IMG/VR virus record: IMGVR_UViG_3300010362_000010
Span: 1-40,624 of that record
Length of the DNA stretch: 40,624 bases
Source of the DNA: a virus
Taxonomy: Duplodnaviria > Caudoviricetes
Strand: one strand, 5' to 3'
This document shows, one piece after another, positions 8,308 to 16,936 of this stretch. The first letter of the stretch is position 1; every line of letters starts with the position of its first letter. The notes below the pieces were generated by a model. That model saw only the letters and a list, made by a program, of their open reading frames with translations, searched no databases and was not told the DNA's origin. The position numbers were made by a program, and so were the translations under genes.

Positions 8308-10604
8308 CTGTGGCCACGAGCGCGGTCGCGGCGACCTACGTGTACGTCGATACTGCGTTCGGGTCCGTCGCGCGGCGCAACCACGTGCGCAAGATCAGTG
8401 ACGTGCCGTTCGAGGACCATGGTCCCGAGCGCTACATCAGCCACCGCCGCGCGTCCGAGGACCTGCTCGAGTGGACGCGCACGCACACCAATGCCCATGG
8501 CAATCCGACCGTCGAGGGCTTCGACGGCGCGACCTGGGACAGCTCGCTCGGCTTCGATTTCGACGACAAGCGCGACCCGGCGCGCGCGCTCGGGTGGGTA
8601 CGCGAGTTCCTCGAGCGCCAGGAGCGCAACGACGTGCCGCTCGATGCGCTGCGGATCTATTTCAGTGGCGCCAAGGGTTTTCACGTCGAGGTGCCGCACA
8701 CGCTGTTCGGTGGGTTTGAGCCGTCGAGCGAGCTGCACGTCTGGGAGAAGGCCGCGGCGCTCGAGCTGATGGGCGGTATCCCATTCGACCAGTCGATCTA
8801 CGACAAGCTGCGTCTGTGGCGGCTGCCCAACACGCTCAACAGTAAGGGGAAACGCTACAAGGTGCGCCTGAGCCTGACCGAGGCGCTCGGGCTGAGCATG
8901 CGCGAGATCGACGCGCTGGCCGTCAACCCGCGCGAGCGGTTGCCGACGGCGCCGGACGAGGAGTGGTCGACCAATTCGTACCTGGCTGACGTGTGGCAGC
9001 GTGCGCAGCGCCCGCCGCCGAGCGGCGAGCCGCAGTCTCGCGCGTGGTCGGATCAGCAGCACAATCAGGTCATCCTGTCGGTGATCGCCGCGGCGATCGC
9101 CGAGTCGTGGCCGACCGGTCCGGGCGTCAGCCGCCACACGGACTACCTGTTGCCGCTGAGCGGTTTCCTGAGCCGGCACCTGGAGGCCGAGGTGGTCGCC
9201 GAAGTGCTCAAAGACGCGGCGCGGCGGTCCGGCGATCGCAACTTCCTGGACGATCGGCAGCGGCACTGGGAAGAGGAGATCGCGCGCCTGGCGCAGAACT
9301 CGGCCCAGAAGTTGTCCGCCGGTCAGCCGTCGGAGGGATTGCCAACAGTCGCCAAACGCTGGCCAGAGCTCGCCGAGGTGCTGAGCAATGTGCTGGTCGT
9401 GCACGCGCACAAACCGATCAGCACGAACGGCAAGGTCAACGCAACGGGGTTCGAGTTCACGGTGCTCGAGGACCTGCTCGGCGAGCCGCTGGAGCACGTT
9501 CCATTCACGGTCGAGGGCATGCTGCCGGCGGCCGGTGTCTCGCTATGGGGGGCGAAGCCGAAGGTGGGGAAAAGTGTCGCGGTGCGCAACCTAGCGATGT
9601 GCATCGCCAGCGGCGACGCGTTTCTCGGCCGCGCGGTGCAGCGCGGCTCGGTGCTCGTGCTCGCGCTCGAGGAAAAGCGCGCCGAGGTCGCCAACCACTT
9701 TCGGAAGATGGGCGGCAGCGACGAGCTGATCCACGTCCACGTCGGCGCCGCGCCTGCAACGAGCAAGGAGGGGATCGCCGCGCTTCAGAGTGCGATCTCG
9801 CTCTACCAGCCGACGCTGGTGATCGCCGACCCGGTGCTCAAACTGGTGCGCGTGCGCGACTCGAGCGACTATGCCGAGCTGACGCGCGAGCTGGAGCCAA
9901 TCATCGAGCTCGCGCGTCAGAACAACTGCCATATTGCCGTGACCCACCACCTCGGCAAGATGGTCCGCGAGAGTGGCGACGATGTCCTGGGCTCGACGGC
10001 CATCTTCGGTGCGGTGGACACACTGGTGCTGCTGCGCAGGCGTCCCAAGGACAATCTGCGTGTGCTGCAGACCATTCAGCGCTACGGCCAGGACTTGCCT
10101 GAGACCATGCTGCCGCTGGATGAGGCGACCGACCGGATTGAGCTGGGCGACGAAGTGTCCGTGGCACGTCAACTGGAGGCCCAGCGCGCGGTGCGAGAGC
10201 TGCTGGACAACCTGTCAGATGACGCCGGGCTGGAACAGAAGGAGGTTCGCGAACAGGCTGGCGTGAATTCAGCGGAGGCGTACAAGGCGCTCCAGGCCCT
10301 GGTCGAAAAGGGCGAGGTGGAGCGGTATGGGGCGGGTCGACGCAACGATCCCTACCGCTATCGCAGGGCGAAGTTCGTCGCCTCGTCTCCAGCCTCGGCT
10401 GAGAGTGAAAATACTTGTTTTCCTGTTCCCTTTAAGGGAATAGCAAAACAAGAAAAGGAAATCGAGGGAAAGGTCTGTCGGCGCTGTGGTCGGGGGCCTG
10501 CGGTGCATGGCGGGTTCGACGATCCGTGTGGGCAGTGGGAGCCAACCATTGAGCGTGGTGAACTGCTACCAGAGATAGGCATGTCGGAGGCGGCGACCGG
10601 ATGA
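8304..10604 (+). CDS. AEP primase/polymerase fused to RecA-like (AAA_25) helicase and C-terminal winged helix
   Basis: FDFD, YFSGAKGFHV and RLWRLPNT AEP motifs; Walker A GAKPKVGKS, LALEE, VIADP, HHLGK, GSTA. Confidence 0.9.
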   Translation: MTVATSAVAATYVYVDTAFGSVARRNHVRKISDVPFEDHGPERYISHRRASEDLLEWTRTHTNAHGNPTVEGFDGATWDSSLGFDFDDKRDPARALGWVREFLERQERNDVPLDALRIYFSGAKGFHVEVPHTLFGGFEPSSELHVWEKAAALELMGGIPFDQSIYDKLRLWRLPNTLNSKGKRYKVRLSLTEALGLSMREIDALAVNPRERLPTAPDEEWSTNSYLADVWQRAQRPPPSGEPQSRAWSDQQHNQVILSVIAAAIAESWPTGPGVSRHTDYLLPLSGFLSRHLEAEVVAEVLKDAARRSGDRNFLDDRQRHWEEEIARLAQNSAQKLSAGQPSEGLPTVAKRWPELAEVLSNVLVVHAHKPISTNGKVNATGFEFTVLEDLLGEPLEHVPFTVEGMLPAAGVSLWGAKPKVGKSVAVRNLAMCIASGDAFLGRAVQRGSVLVLALEEKRAEVANHFRKMGGSDELIHVHVGAAPATSKEGIAALQSAISLYQPTLVIADPVLKLVRVRDSSDYAELTRELEPIIELARQNNCHIAVTHHLGKMVRESGDDVLGSTAIFGAVDTLVLLRRRPKDNLRVLQTIQRYGQDLPETMLPLDEATDRIELGDEVSVARQLEAQRAVRELLDNLSDDAGLEQKEVREQAGVNSAEAYKALQALVEKGEVERYGAGRRNDPYRYRRAKFVASSPASAESENTCFPVPFKGIAKQEKEIEGKVCRRCGRGPAVHGGFDDPCGQWEPTIERGELLPEIGMSEAATG
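10414..10452. other. AT-rich 39-bp imperfect palindrome, candidate replication origin
   Basis: cttgttttcctgttccctt-t-aagggaatagcaaaacaag; 19-bp arms with 2 mismatches. Confidence 0.6.
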
Positions 10605-11551
10605 GTGACCATTCCAACATCGAATGGACTGATGCGACCTGGTCGCCAACGGTCGGCTGCCTGAAGGTCTCGCCAGGGTGTGAAAACTGCTACGCGATCG
10701 ACACCGCCTATCGCCAGGAGCACGCCTTCAAGCGACCGGAGTACCAGGGCACCACGCGCAAGCTACCCGACGGGTCGCGCAACTGGACCGGCACCGTGCG
10801 CACGCTGCCCGGGCGCCTGACGCTGCCACTGAAATGGCGGACGCCGCGGCGGATCTTCGTCGACTCGATGAGCGACCTGTTCCACGCCGACATGCCCGAC
10901 GAGTTTCTCGACAAGGTGTTCGCAACGATGGCGATCACCGCGCGCCACACGTACCAGGTCCTGACGAAGCGACCGGAGCGGATGCAGCGCTACGTCGCCG
11001 ACCCCGAAGCTCGTTGCCGCATCGGCAGGCTCATGACCCTCGGAGTGATCCTCACGGCGCCCGGGCGCATTGACGTCGACGGAGGAGAGATGGCCGAGTG
11101 GCACCAGCACGGCGTGCAGTGGCCTCTGCCGAACGTGTGGCTGGGCGTGTCGGTCGAGGACCAGCAGCGCGCCGACGCACGCATCCCGCTGCTGCTGCAG
11201 ACGCCCGCCGCGGTGCGCTGGCTGAGCTGCGAACCGCTCCTCGGGCCGGTTGATCTCTGGGCGCCGCGATATCCGTGGCCCGATCGCGCAGTTGTCGAAG
11301 GCCAAGCTGACCTCGGCAGCGGATTCGCCTGGGGGCGCGGCATTCAGTGGGTTGTCGCCGGCGGTGAGAGCGGCGCCCACGCCCGGCCGATGGACCCGGG
11401 CTGGGCGCGTAGCCTCCGCGATCAGTGCCAGGCCGCGGGCGTCGCTTTCTACTTCAAACAGTGGGGCGGCCGCACCCACGCCGCCGGCGGCCGCGAGCTC
11501 GACGGGCGAACGTGGGACGAGTATCCAGTCACAGCATATGACTGCTTATGA
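10601..11551 (+). CDS. Phage Gp37/Gp68 family (DUF5131) protein
   Basis: IEWTDATWSP..GC.KVSPGC.NCYA, IFVDSMSDLFH, YQVLTKRPER, SCEPLLG, WVVAGGESG, FKQWGG. Confidence 0.93.
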   Translation: MSDHSNIEWTDATWSPTVGCLKVSPGCENCYAIDTAYRQEHAFKRPEYQGTTRKLPDGSRNWTGTVRTLPGRLTLPLKWRTPRRIFVDSMSDLFHADMPDEFLDKVFATMAITARHTYQVLTKRPERMQRYVADPEARCRIGRLMTLGVILTAPGRIDVDGGEMAEWHQHGVQWPLPNVWLGVSVEDQQRADARIPLLLQTPAAVRWLSCEPLLGPVDLWAPRYPWPDRAVVEGQADLGSGFAWGRGIQWVVAGGESGAHARPMDPGWARSLRDQCQAAGVAFYFKQWGGRTHAAGGRELDGRTWDEYPVTAYDCL

Positions 11552-11802
11552 CGGATAAGACAGTCTGTGTCGAGCACCCCGCACCGTGCTACATGTGGAG
11601 CGACATAGAGCACGAGCGCGACGAACTGCGCGACCGGTGCGAACGACTGCTCGCCGCTGACCGCGAGAGTGCCCAGGAATTGCTGGACGCGCAGGATGAG
11701 AACAAACGCTTACGTGCGGCGCTTCTGCACCTGGCTCGTCATGGGGAGTTCAGAGGAGACCGCGAGTATGCCGGACAGATCCTGCGCGGAGATGGCTGTT
11801 GA
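11548..11802 (+). CDS. Hypothetical coiled-coil protein
   Basis: 84-aa ORF with ATGA overlap. Confidence 0.6.
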   Translation: MTDKTVCVEHPAPCYMWSDIEHERDELRDRCERLLAADRESAQELLDAQDENKRLRAALLHLARHGEFRGDREYAGQILRGDGC

Positions 11803-12172
11803 CCCCATGCGGCTATTCGACCCCACGCGGTGCGGACGCAAGACTCGGAGTGGTGGCAGTTGTACGCAATGGGCGATGCACGGGCAGCGCGTGTGTCGCA
11901 TGCACGGCGGCGAGTCACCCCAGGCGCTCAAGAAAGCCGAAGAGCGCATGCGTGCGCTCGTCCACCCCGCGGTCTCATCGCTGGCTCGGCAGATTGACGC
12001 CGATGAGTTCAACGCTGTGCGTTATGTGCTCGACTGGGCTGGCTTCAAGGCCGTCGAGCAGATGCGCACCGACAGCGAGATCGTGATCACCGTCAAACGC
12101 GAAGAGCAGCCGATCATCCTCGAGCACACGGTCAATCGGCTCAACGATGGCAACAGTCGAACGCACGATTAG
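11792..12172 (+). CDS. HGGxSTG-type protein, probable terminase small subunit
   Basis: CGRKTRSG..C...AM.G..VCRMHGG.S; immediately upstream of the large terminase. Confidence 0.7.
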   Translation: MAVDPMRLFDPTRCGRKTRSGGSCTQWAMHGQRVCRMHGGESPQALKKAEERMRALVHPAVSSLARQIDADEFNAVRYVLDWAGFKAVEQMRTDSEIVITVKREEQPIILEHTVNRLNDGNSRTHD

Positions 12173-13409
12173 CCTGCCGCGGCTGCACCCAGCCCAGGCG
12201 CAAATCAAGTCCGAGCGGCGCCGCTTCAACGTCGTCGCGCTCGGCCGCCGCGCCGGCAAGTCCAAGCTCGCGCAGGAGCTGCTCATCGACTGCGCGCTCG
12301 AGCGCCGACCCGGTGGCTACTTCGCGCCGACGTACAAGCTGCTCGAAGAGTTCTGGCGGGAGCTCAAGTCCGTGCTCGTCGAAGTCATTCGCGACAAGTC
12401 CGAGCAGGAGCACCGACTCGAGCTCTATGGCGGCGGCACGCTTGAGTGCTGGTCGACCGACACCGGCGACCCCGCGCGCGGCCGGCGCTATGCCACGGTG
12501 GTCCTGGATGAGGCGGCCATGGTGCCGCACCTGGGCGACGTGTGGGGCCAGGCGATTCGGCCAACGCTGACCGACTTCCAGGGCGAGGCGTGGTTCATGT
12601 CCACCCCGCGCGGCCTGAACGACTTCTACACGCTGTTCACGCGCGGCCAGGACCCACTCGAGCGCGACTGGCAAGCGTGGCAGATGCCAACCAGCGTCAA
12701 CCCGTACATCCAGCCGGCCGAGGTCGAGGCCGCGCGGCACGAGCTGCCCGAACGGGTGTTCGCCCAGGAGTATCTGGCCGAGTTCCTGTCGCTCGAGGGT
12801 GCCGGCGTCTTTCGCGGGGTGCGTGCGGTCTCGCGCCTCGAGCCTCAGCCGCCGCGGCGCGGCCGCACGTACGTCTTCGGCGTGGACTGGGGGCGCAGCG
12901 ACGACTTCACGGTGATCAGCATCATCGACGCCACGGTGCACGAGCAGGTCGCGCTCGACCGCTTCACCGACATCTCGTTCGAGATCCAGACTGACCGTCT
13001 GCACATGTGGGCAGCGCAGTACCACCCAACCCAGATCGTGGCCGAGCGCAACAGCATGGGCGGCCCGCTCGTCGAGCGCTTGCAGCGTGGTTACGCGCGA
13101 CTGCTCGACAAGGCCCAGCCGGCGCTGCCGGTGTATGGCTGGGACGCGACCAACGCCAACAAGGCCGCAGCGATTGAGAAATTGTCGCTGGCGATCGAGC
13201 GCGGCGAGCTGTCGTTGCTCGATGACCAGGTCCAGCAAGCCGAGCTGCTCGCGTTCGAGTCGACGACGACAAGCACGGGCATGGTCAGGTACGCCGCGCC
13301 GGAGGGCATGCACGACGACACGGTGATCGCACTCGCCCTGGCCAACCTGGGCGCATCGGTCGACCCCACGCCGGCGCGCTCGAGCTACGCGTTCTCGACG
13401 CGCCGATGA
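12147..13409 (+). CDS. terL: Terminase large subunit
   Basis: Walker A GRRAGKS, Walker B VVLDEAA, STPRG, nuclease GVDWG..D and HDDTV. Confidence 0.95.
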   Translation: MATVERTISLPRLHPAQAQIKSERRRFNVVALGRRAGKSKLAQELLIDCALERRPGGYFAPTYKLLEEFWRELKSVLVEVIRDKSEQEHRLELYGGGTLECWSTDTGDPARGRRYATVVLDEAAMVPHLGDVWGQAIRPTLTDFQGEAWFMSTPRGLNDFYTLFTRGQDPLERDWQAWQMPTSVNPYIQPAEVEAARHELPERVFAQEYLAEFLSLEGAGVFRGVRAVSRLEPQPPRRGRTYVFGVDWGRSDDFTVISIIDATVHEQVALDRFTDISFEIQTDRLHMWAAQYHPTQIVAERNSMGGPLVERLQRGYARLLDKAQPALPVYGWDATNANKAAAIEKLSLAIERGELSLLDDQVQQAELLAFESTTTSTGMVRYAAPEGMHDDTVIALALANLGASVDPTPARSSYAFSTRR

Positions 13410-14032
13410 CGCGCCCGATGCCACGCTGGATCGCCGCATACATTCAACCCGCGCGCGCGCCCCAGAAAGCCCCACCCGCGCAGGGCGTGCTCAAGGTCGA
13501 GCGTTACGCCATCCCGCTCGAATTGCGCTACCACCACGCCTGGGCGTGCTGGCGCTACGAGTACTACGCTAACCGGTGGTCGAAGCCGCCTTACAACCCC
13601 ACAACCGGCGTGCGAGCGGAACCGTCGGACCCCGAAACGTGGAGCGACTTCGACACCGCGTACGACGCCTACCGTGCGGCCTCTTCGCCGGCCGACGGTG
13701 GGCGGCCGTACGACGGCATCTCGTTCGCGCTCGACATCCGCTGGGGCATCGTCGGCGTCGACCTGGACCACGTCTCGGAGCACCGCGCGCCGGCAGACAC
13801 GATCGTCGATGCGCTCGACTCCTACTCGGAACTGTCGCCGTCAGGTGACGGCTATCGCGTGTTCTGCAAGGGCACGCTGCCCGAAGGACGCAGGCGCCGG
13901 GACTGGGTCGAGATGTACTGCCAGCGCAGGTTTCTGACGGTCACCGGGCAGCGTCTCCCTGACACGCCCGACCACCTGACCGTGCCGGCGCGGCTGTATA
14001 CCGTGTGGGACCAGTACCTGAACCGCGGCTGA
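13406..14032 (+). CDS. Stand-alone NrS-1-type primase-polymerase (AEP) catalytic domain
   Basis: KPP..PTTG..A...DPETWSDF..A, DGI.F, GVDLDH, YSELSPSG.G, VEMY...RFLTVTG. Confidence 0.8.
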   Translation: MTRPMPRWIAAYIQPARAPQKAPPAQGVLKVERYAIPLELRYHHAWACWRYEYYANRWSKPPYNPTTGVRAEPSDPETWSDFDTAYDAYRAASSPADGGRPYDGISFALDIRWGIVGVDLDHVSEHRAPADTIVDALDSYSELSPSGDGYRVFCKGTLPEGRRRRDWVEMYCQRRFLTVTGQRLPDTPDHLTVPARLYTVWDQYLNRG

Positions 14033-14069
14033 TACGTTTCGGTGCGTTACACTCGCGCGCAACGATCGC

Positions 14070-15986
14070 GTGGCTAGCCCGCCCAGCGTCGAGTACCTGC
14101 ACGAGATGCGGACCGAGCTCGAGGACCGCTATCGCAGCGACGACATCCAGCTCGACCAGTACCGCGCGCAGCGCGAGATGCGCGTGCCGGCGATGAACGG
14201 CGCCGACCCCAAGTACGCCCTCGTCTCGGTCGACCCGCGCGACCCCGACGTGTCGGAAGAGGCGTTCCAGCAGACGGCGATGTTGACGTTGGAAAGGCCG
14301 ACCCTGTCGCTCAAGGGCGGCGAATCGGACACCGCGCAGACCGAGGCATCATTGCGCGAGCACTGGACCGAGGAGACATTGTGGCAGTGCGGCACGCGCA
14401 CGCCCGGCCAGGACACGATGGTCTCGCTCACCGACGGCGCGCTGAACGACGGCGCGGGCTGGTCGAAGATCCTGTTCCTGCCCGACGCCTGGGACAAGCG
14501 CTACAAATTCCCGAAGCCCAATCCGGGCGAGTCGTACGAGGCGTACCAGACCTACGACCGCGCGACCGAGGAGGTCAAGAAGATCGCCGGTCCGCCGTTC
14601 TGTTGGGAGTACGTCGACGCGCGCCAGGTCTACCCCGACTTCAGCGGCGGCCGCGTGTGCGAGGTGCTCGAGGTGACCGACCGGCCCGAGCGGACCACGT
14701 TCCGCCGCTACCGCCTGGCGCGCAACTCGCAGGGCGAGATCGTGCCTGAGGAGCTGGGCGAGCCGCAGGCACCGAACGGACGGACGATCCTGCCGACCAG
14801 CGTGACCATGCTCGAGCACTGGGACGAAGAATGGTGCTCGTGGGCGGTCGCCAGCCAGGACTACGACGGCGGCGCGACCGGGCGGGTGGTCAAGCAGTTC
14901 CGCCACGGCTACGGGTTCATCCCGCACGACTTCGCGCCTGGGTTGTGGATGAACCACTGGCGCAATCGCAAGACCGGCTGGGGCATCTCGCAGACCAAGC
15001 TGTGGCTGGTCCAGTACCGCCAGTATCTGCGCGCGATGCACGCCCAGTACGTCGCGCGGGACCTGCTCAGCCCGCTGGTCAACTATGGCGAATCGGGGGC
15101 CGCCCCGGTCATCGGCAACGACGGCAAGCCGCGCGACCGCGACCCTGGTCCGCTGCCCGGCGAGATCGTCAACCTGGGGCCGGGGCGGCAATTGCAGCCG
15201 ATCAAGTACCCCGATGCCACGACGTTGGAAAAACACATGCAGCTCGTCGACAACGCCATCCGCGAGCTCGAGTCGCCGCGGGTCACCACGCTCGGCGGCA
15301 TGGAAGGCGCGGGCTTCGCGATCAGCCAGGTGCTGTCGTACTCGAGGACGCGCATCGGCCCGATCAGCCACAACCTCGAGAACCTGCTCAAGGCGCAGAC
15401 CGAGAAGCTGTGGGACCTGGCCCAGAACAAGGTCCAGGAAAAGATCTGGGTCGGCTACACCGGCGAGGGCTCGCAGCGCGGCTACATCGGGCTCGAGCCC
15501 AGTGACTTCAACCGCCCGGTCCAGGTCAAGTGGGACGTGCAGCAGGAATTGCCGACCGACGACCTGATCAAGGCCAGGTACGCGCACGAGCGGTTGCAAG
15601 CGGGCACGTGGGGCAGCGACGAGGCGATCGAGTACCTGGGCGACAACCCCGACGAGATCCGGCGCAGCAAGGCGCGCGACCGGATCCGTCAGTCGCCGCA
15701 GTACCAGCAATGGCTCGATTCCCAGGTCTTTATGTTCGCCGGCCGCGGCGACATTCTCGCGTCGGCGTCGCAAGCGCAGGAGATCGCGGCCAAGGGCATG
15801 CTGCCGGGCGGTGGGATGGCCACGCCGGCACCGGGCGTATTCGAAGGCGGCGCGCCGGGGGCGGGCGGCATCCCGGACCTGGCCGCGCTCGCCCAGGCGC
15901 CGAACGGGGCGGGCGTGATGCCGCCGGCGGGCCCGCAGGTCATGCAGGGCGCGGCGCAGAACGTCGGCGCACCGGCGGTGCAGTAG
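14070..15986 (+). CDS. Probable portal protein
   Basis: 638 aa, follows terL, helical character, Gly/Pro/Ala-rich tail; positional inference. Confidence 0.7.
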   Translation: MASPPSVEYLHEMRTELEDRYRSDDIQLDQYRAQREMRVPAMNGADPKYALVSVDPRDPDVSEEAFQQTAMLTLERPTLSLKGGESDTAQTEASLREHWTEETLWQCGTRTPGQDTMVSLTDGALNDGAGWSKILFLPDAWDKRYKFPKPNPGESYEAYQTYDRATEEVKKIAGPPFCWEYVDARQVYPDFSGGRVCEVLEVTDRPERTTFRRYRLARNSQGEIVPEELGEPQAPNGRTILPTSVTMLEHWDEEWCSWAVASQDYDGGATGRVVKQFRHGYGFIPHDFAPGLWMNHWRNRKTGWGISQTKLWLVQYRQYLRAMHAQYVARDLLSPLVNYGESGAAPVIGNDGKPRDRDPGPLPGEIVNLGPGRQLQPIKYPDATTLEKHMQLVDNAIRELESPRVTTLGGMEGAGFAISQVLSYSRTRIGPISHNLENLLKAQTEKLWDLAQNKVQEKIWVGYTGEGSQRGYIGLEPSDFNRPVQVKWDVQQELPTDDLIKARYAHERLQAGTWGSDEAIEYLGDNPDEIRRSKARDRIRQSPQYQQWLDSQVFMFAGRGDILASASQAQEIAAKGMLPGGGMATPAPGVFEGGAPGAGGIPDLAALAQAPNGAGVMPPAGPQVMQGAAQNVGAPAVQ

Positions 15987-16438
15987 TGGCCGAGAAGCGT
16001 TCGGACGTGGAGATCGTGCGCGACCAGCTCACGCGCGAGGTGACCAACGACGCGTACTCAATCGCCGACGACATCTTCCGTCGCCCTGAGCCCGACGTGG
16101 CGCGCATGACGAATGACCAGATTGATGCCCGCTATCGGCAGGCATACCAGGCGGGCGATCGGCAGTACCTGATCAGCGAGGCGCAGCGTGACCCGCGCCA
16201 GTTCCTCGAGGCCACGCAGCGATTGGGCGTGCAGATGCCGTCCGAGCAACCACTCGAGCCGCAGCTCGCGTTGCCGCGTCAGGCGCAGGGCGCGGCACCA
16301 CTGCCACCGCAGGCCCAGCCGCCATTGGCCCCGCCCCCACCGCCGGTCATCGCGCCGCCCACGCCGCTGGCCATGCCGGGATCAATCGCGACGCCTGGGC
16401 AGCCGGTGCCGCCCAGCGTGCCTCAGGTTGGCATCTGA
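15986..16438 (+). CDS. Hypothetical protein with Pro-rich C-terminus
   Basis: GTG start overlaps the portal stop; high-GC3 codons. Confidence 0.7.
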   Translation: MAEKRSDVEIVRDQLTREVTNDAYSIADDIFRRPEPDVARMTNDQIDARYRQAYQAGDRQYLISEAQRDPRQFLEATQRLGVQMPSEQPLEPQLALPRQAQGAAPLPPQAQPPLAPPPPPVIAPPTPLAMPGSIATPGQPVPPSVPQVGI

Positions 16439-16445
16439 CGTGTCG

Positions 16446-16859
16446 TTACCCGAATCCGTGGACTTCTTTCGAGTGGTTCGGGTTCGCGCAAAACGCGCAC
16501 GGCATCCCGTGGGCAAATCTCAGGTGGTCCGGGTTCCCAGCCGGGTAGCGGAAGCCACAAACTGCGCAGCGCTCCTTGGCGTACGTCGTGCGGATCCAGA
16601 ACAACTCGCGTCGCTCAATGGCAGTCCATGCATACGCCGCGACGAAGAAGAGGACCACGAAAAGGATGAACGTGTACAGCAGCAGTTGATCTGCAGTCAG
16701 CACACAACCGAATCGGCGTCCAACCCAATCGGTAAGAGTGATCGGTGGCCACAACACCCATTTCAGGATGTCGGGCATTACGGCGAGGACAGGGATGATC
16801 CAGATCCCGAGAAAGATCCAGACGATGGGTGGGGTAGCTGGCTTAGACTGATCTTGCAT
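16446..16859 (-). CDS. Antisense moron-like membrane protein with two CxxC motifs
   Basis: Two hydrophobic segments, CAVC and CAFC, AGAGGAG SD, lower GC, opposite strand to the structural operon. Confidence 0.75.
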   Translation of the reverse strand: MQDQSKPATPPIVWIFLGIWIIPVLAVMPDILKWVLWPPITLTDWVGRRFGCVLTADQLLLYTFILFVVLFFVAAYAWTAIERRELFWIRTTYAKERCAVCGFRYPAGNPDHLRFAHGMPCAFCANPNHSKEVHGFG

Positions 16860-16884
16860 CGCAGAAACTCCTCTGTGTTGCCAG

Positions 16885-16920
16885 GGTCCCGGCCGTTCAC
16901 GCGGCGCGGGACCGTTTTTA
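16885..16920 (+). terminator. Possible intrinsic terminator
   Basis: ggtcccg...cgggacc stem followed by gttttta. Confidence 0.45.
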
Positions 16921-16936
16921 TACCCGATGTGACTGG

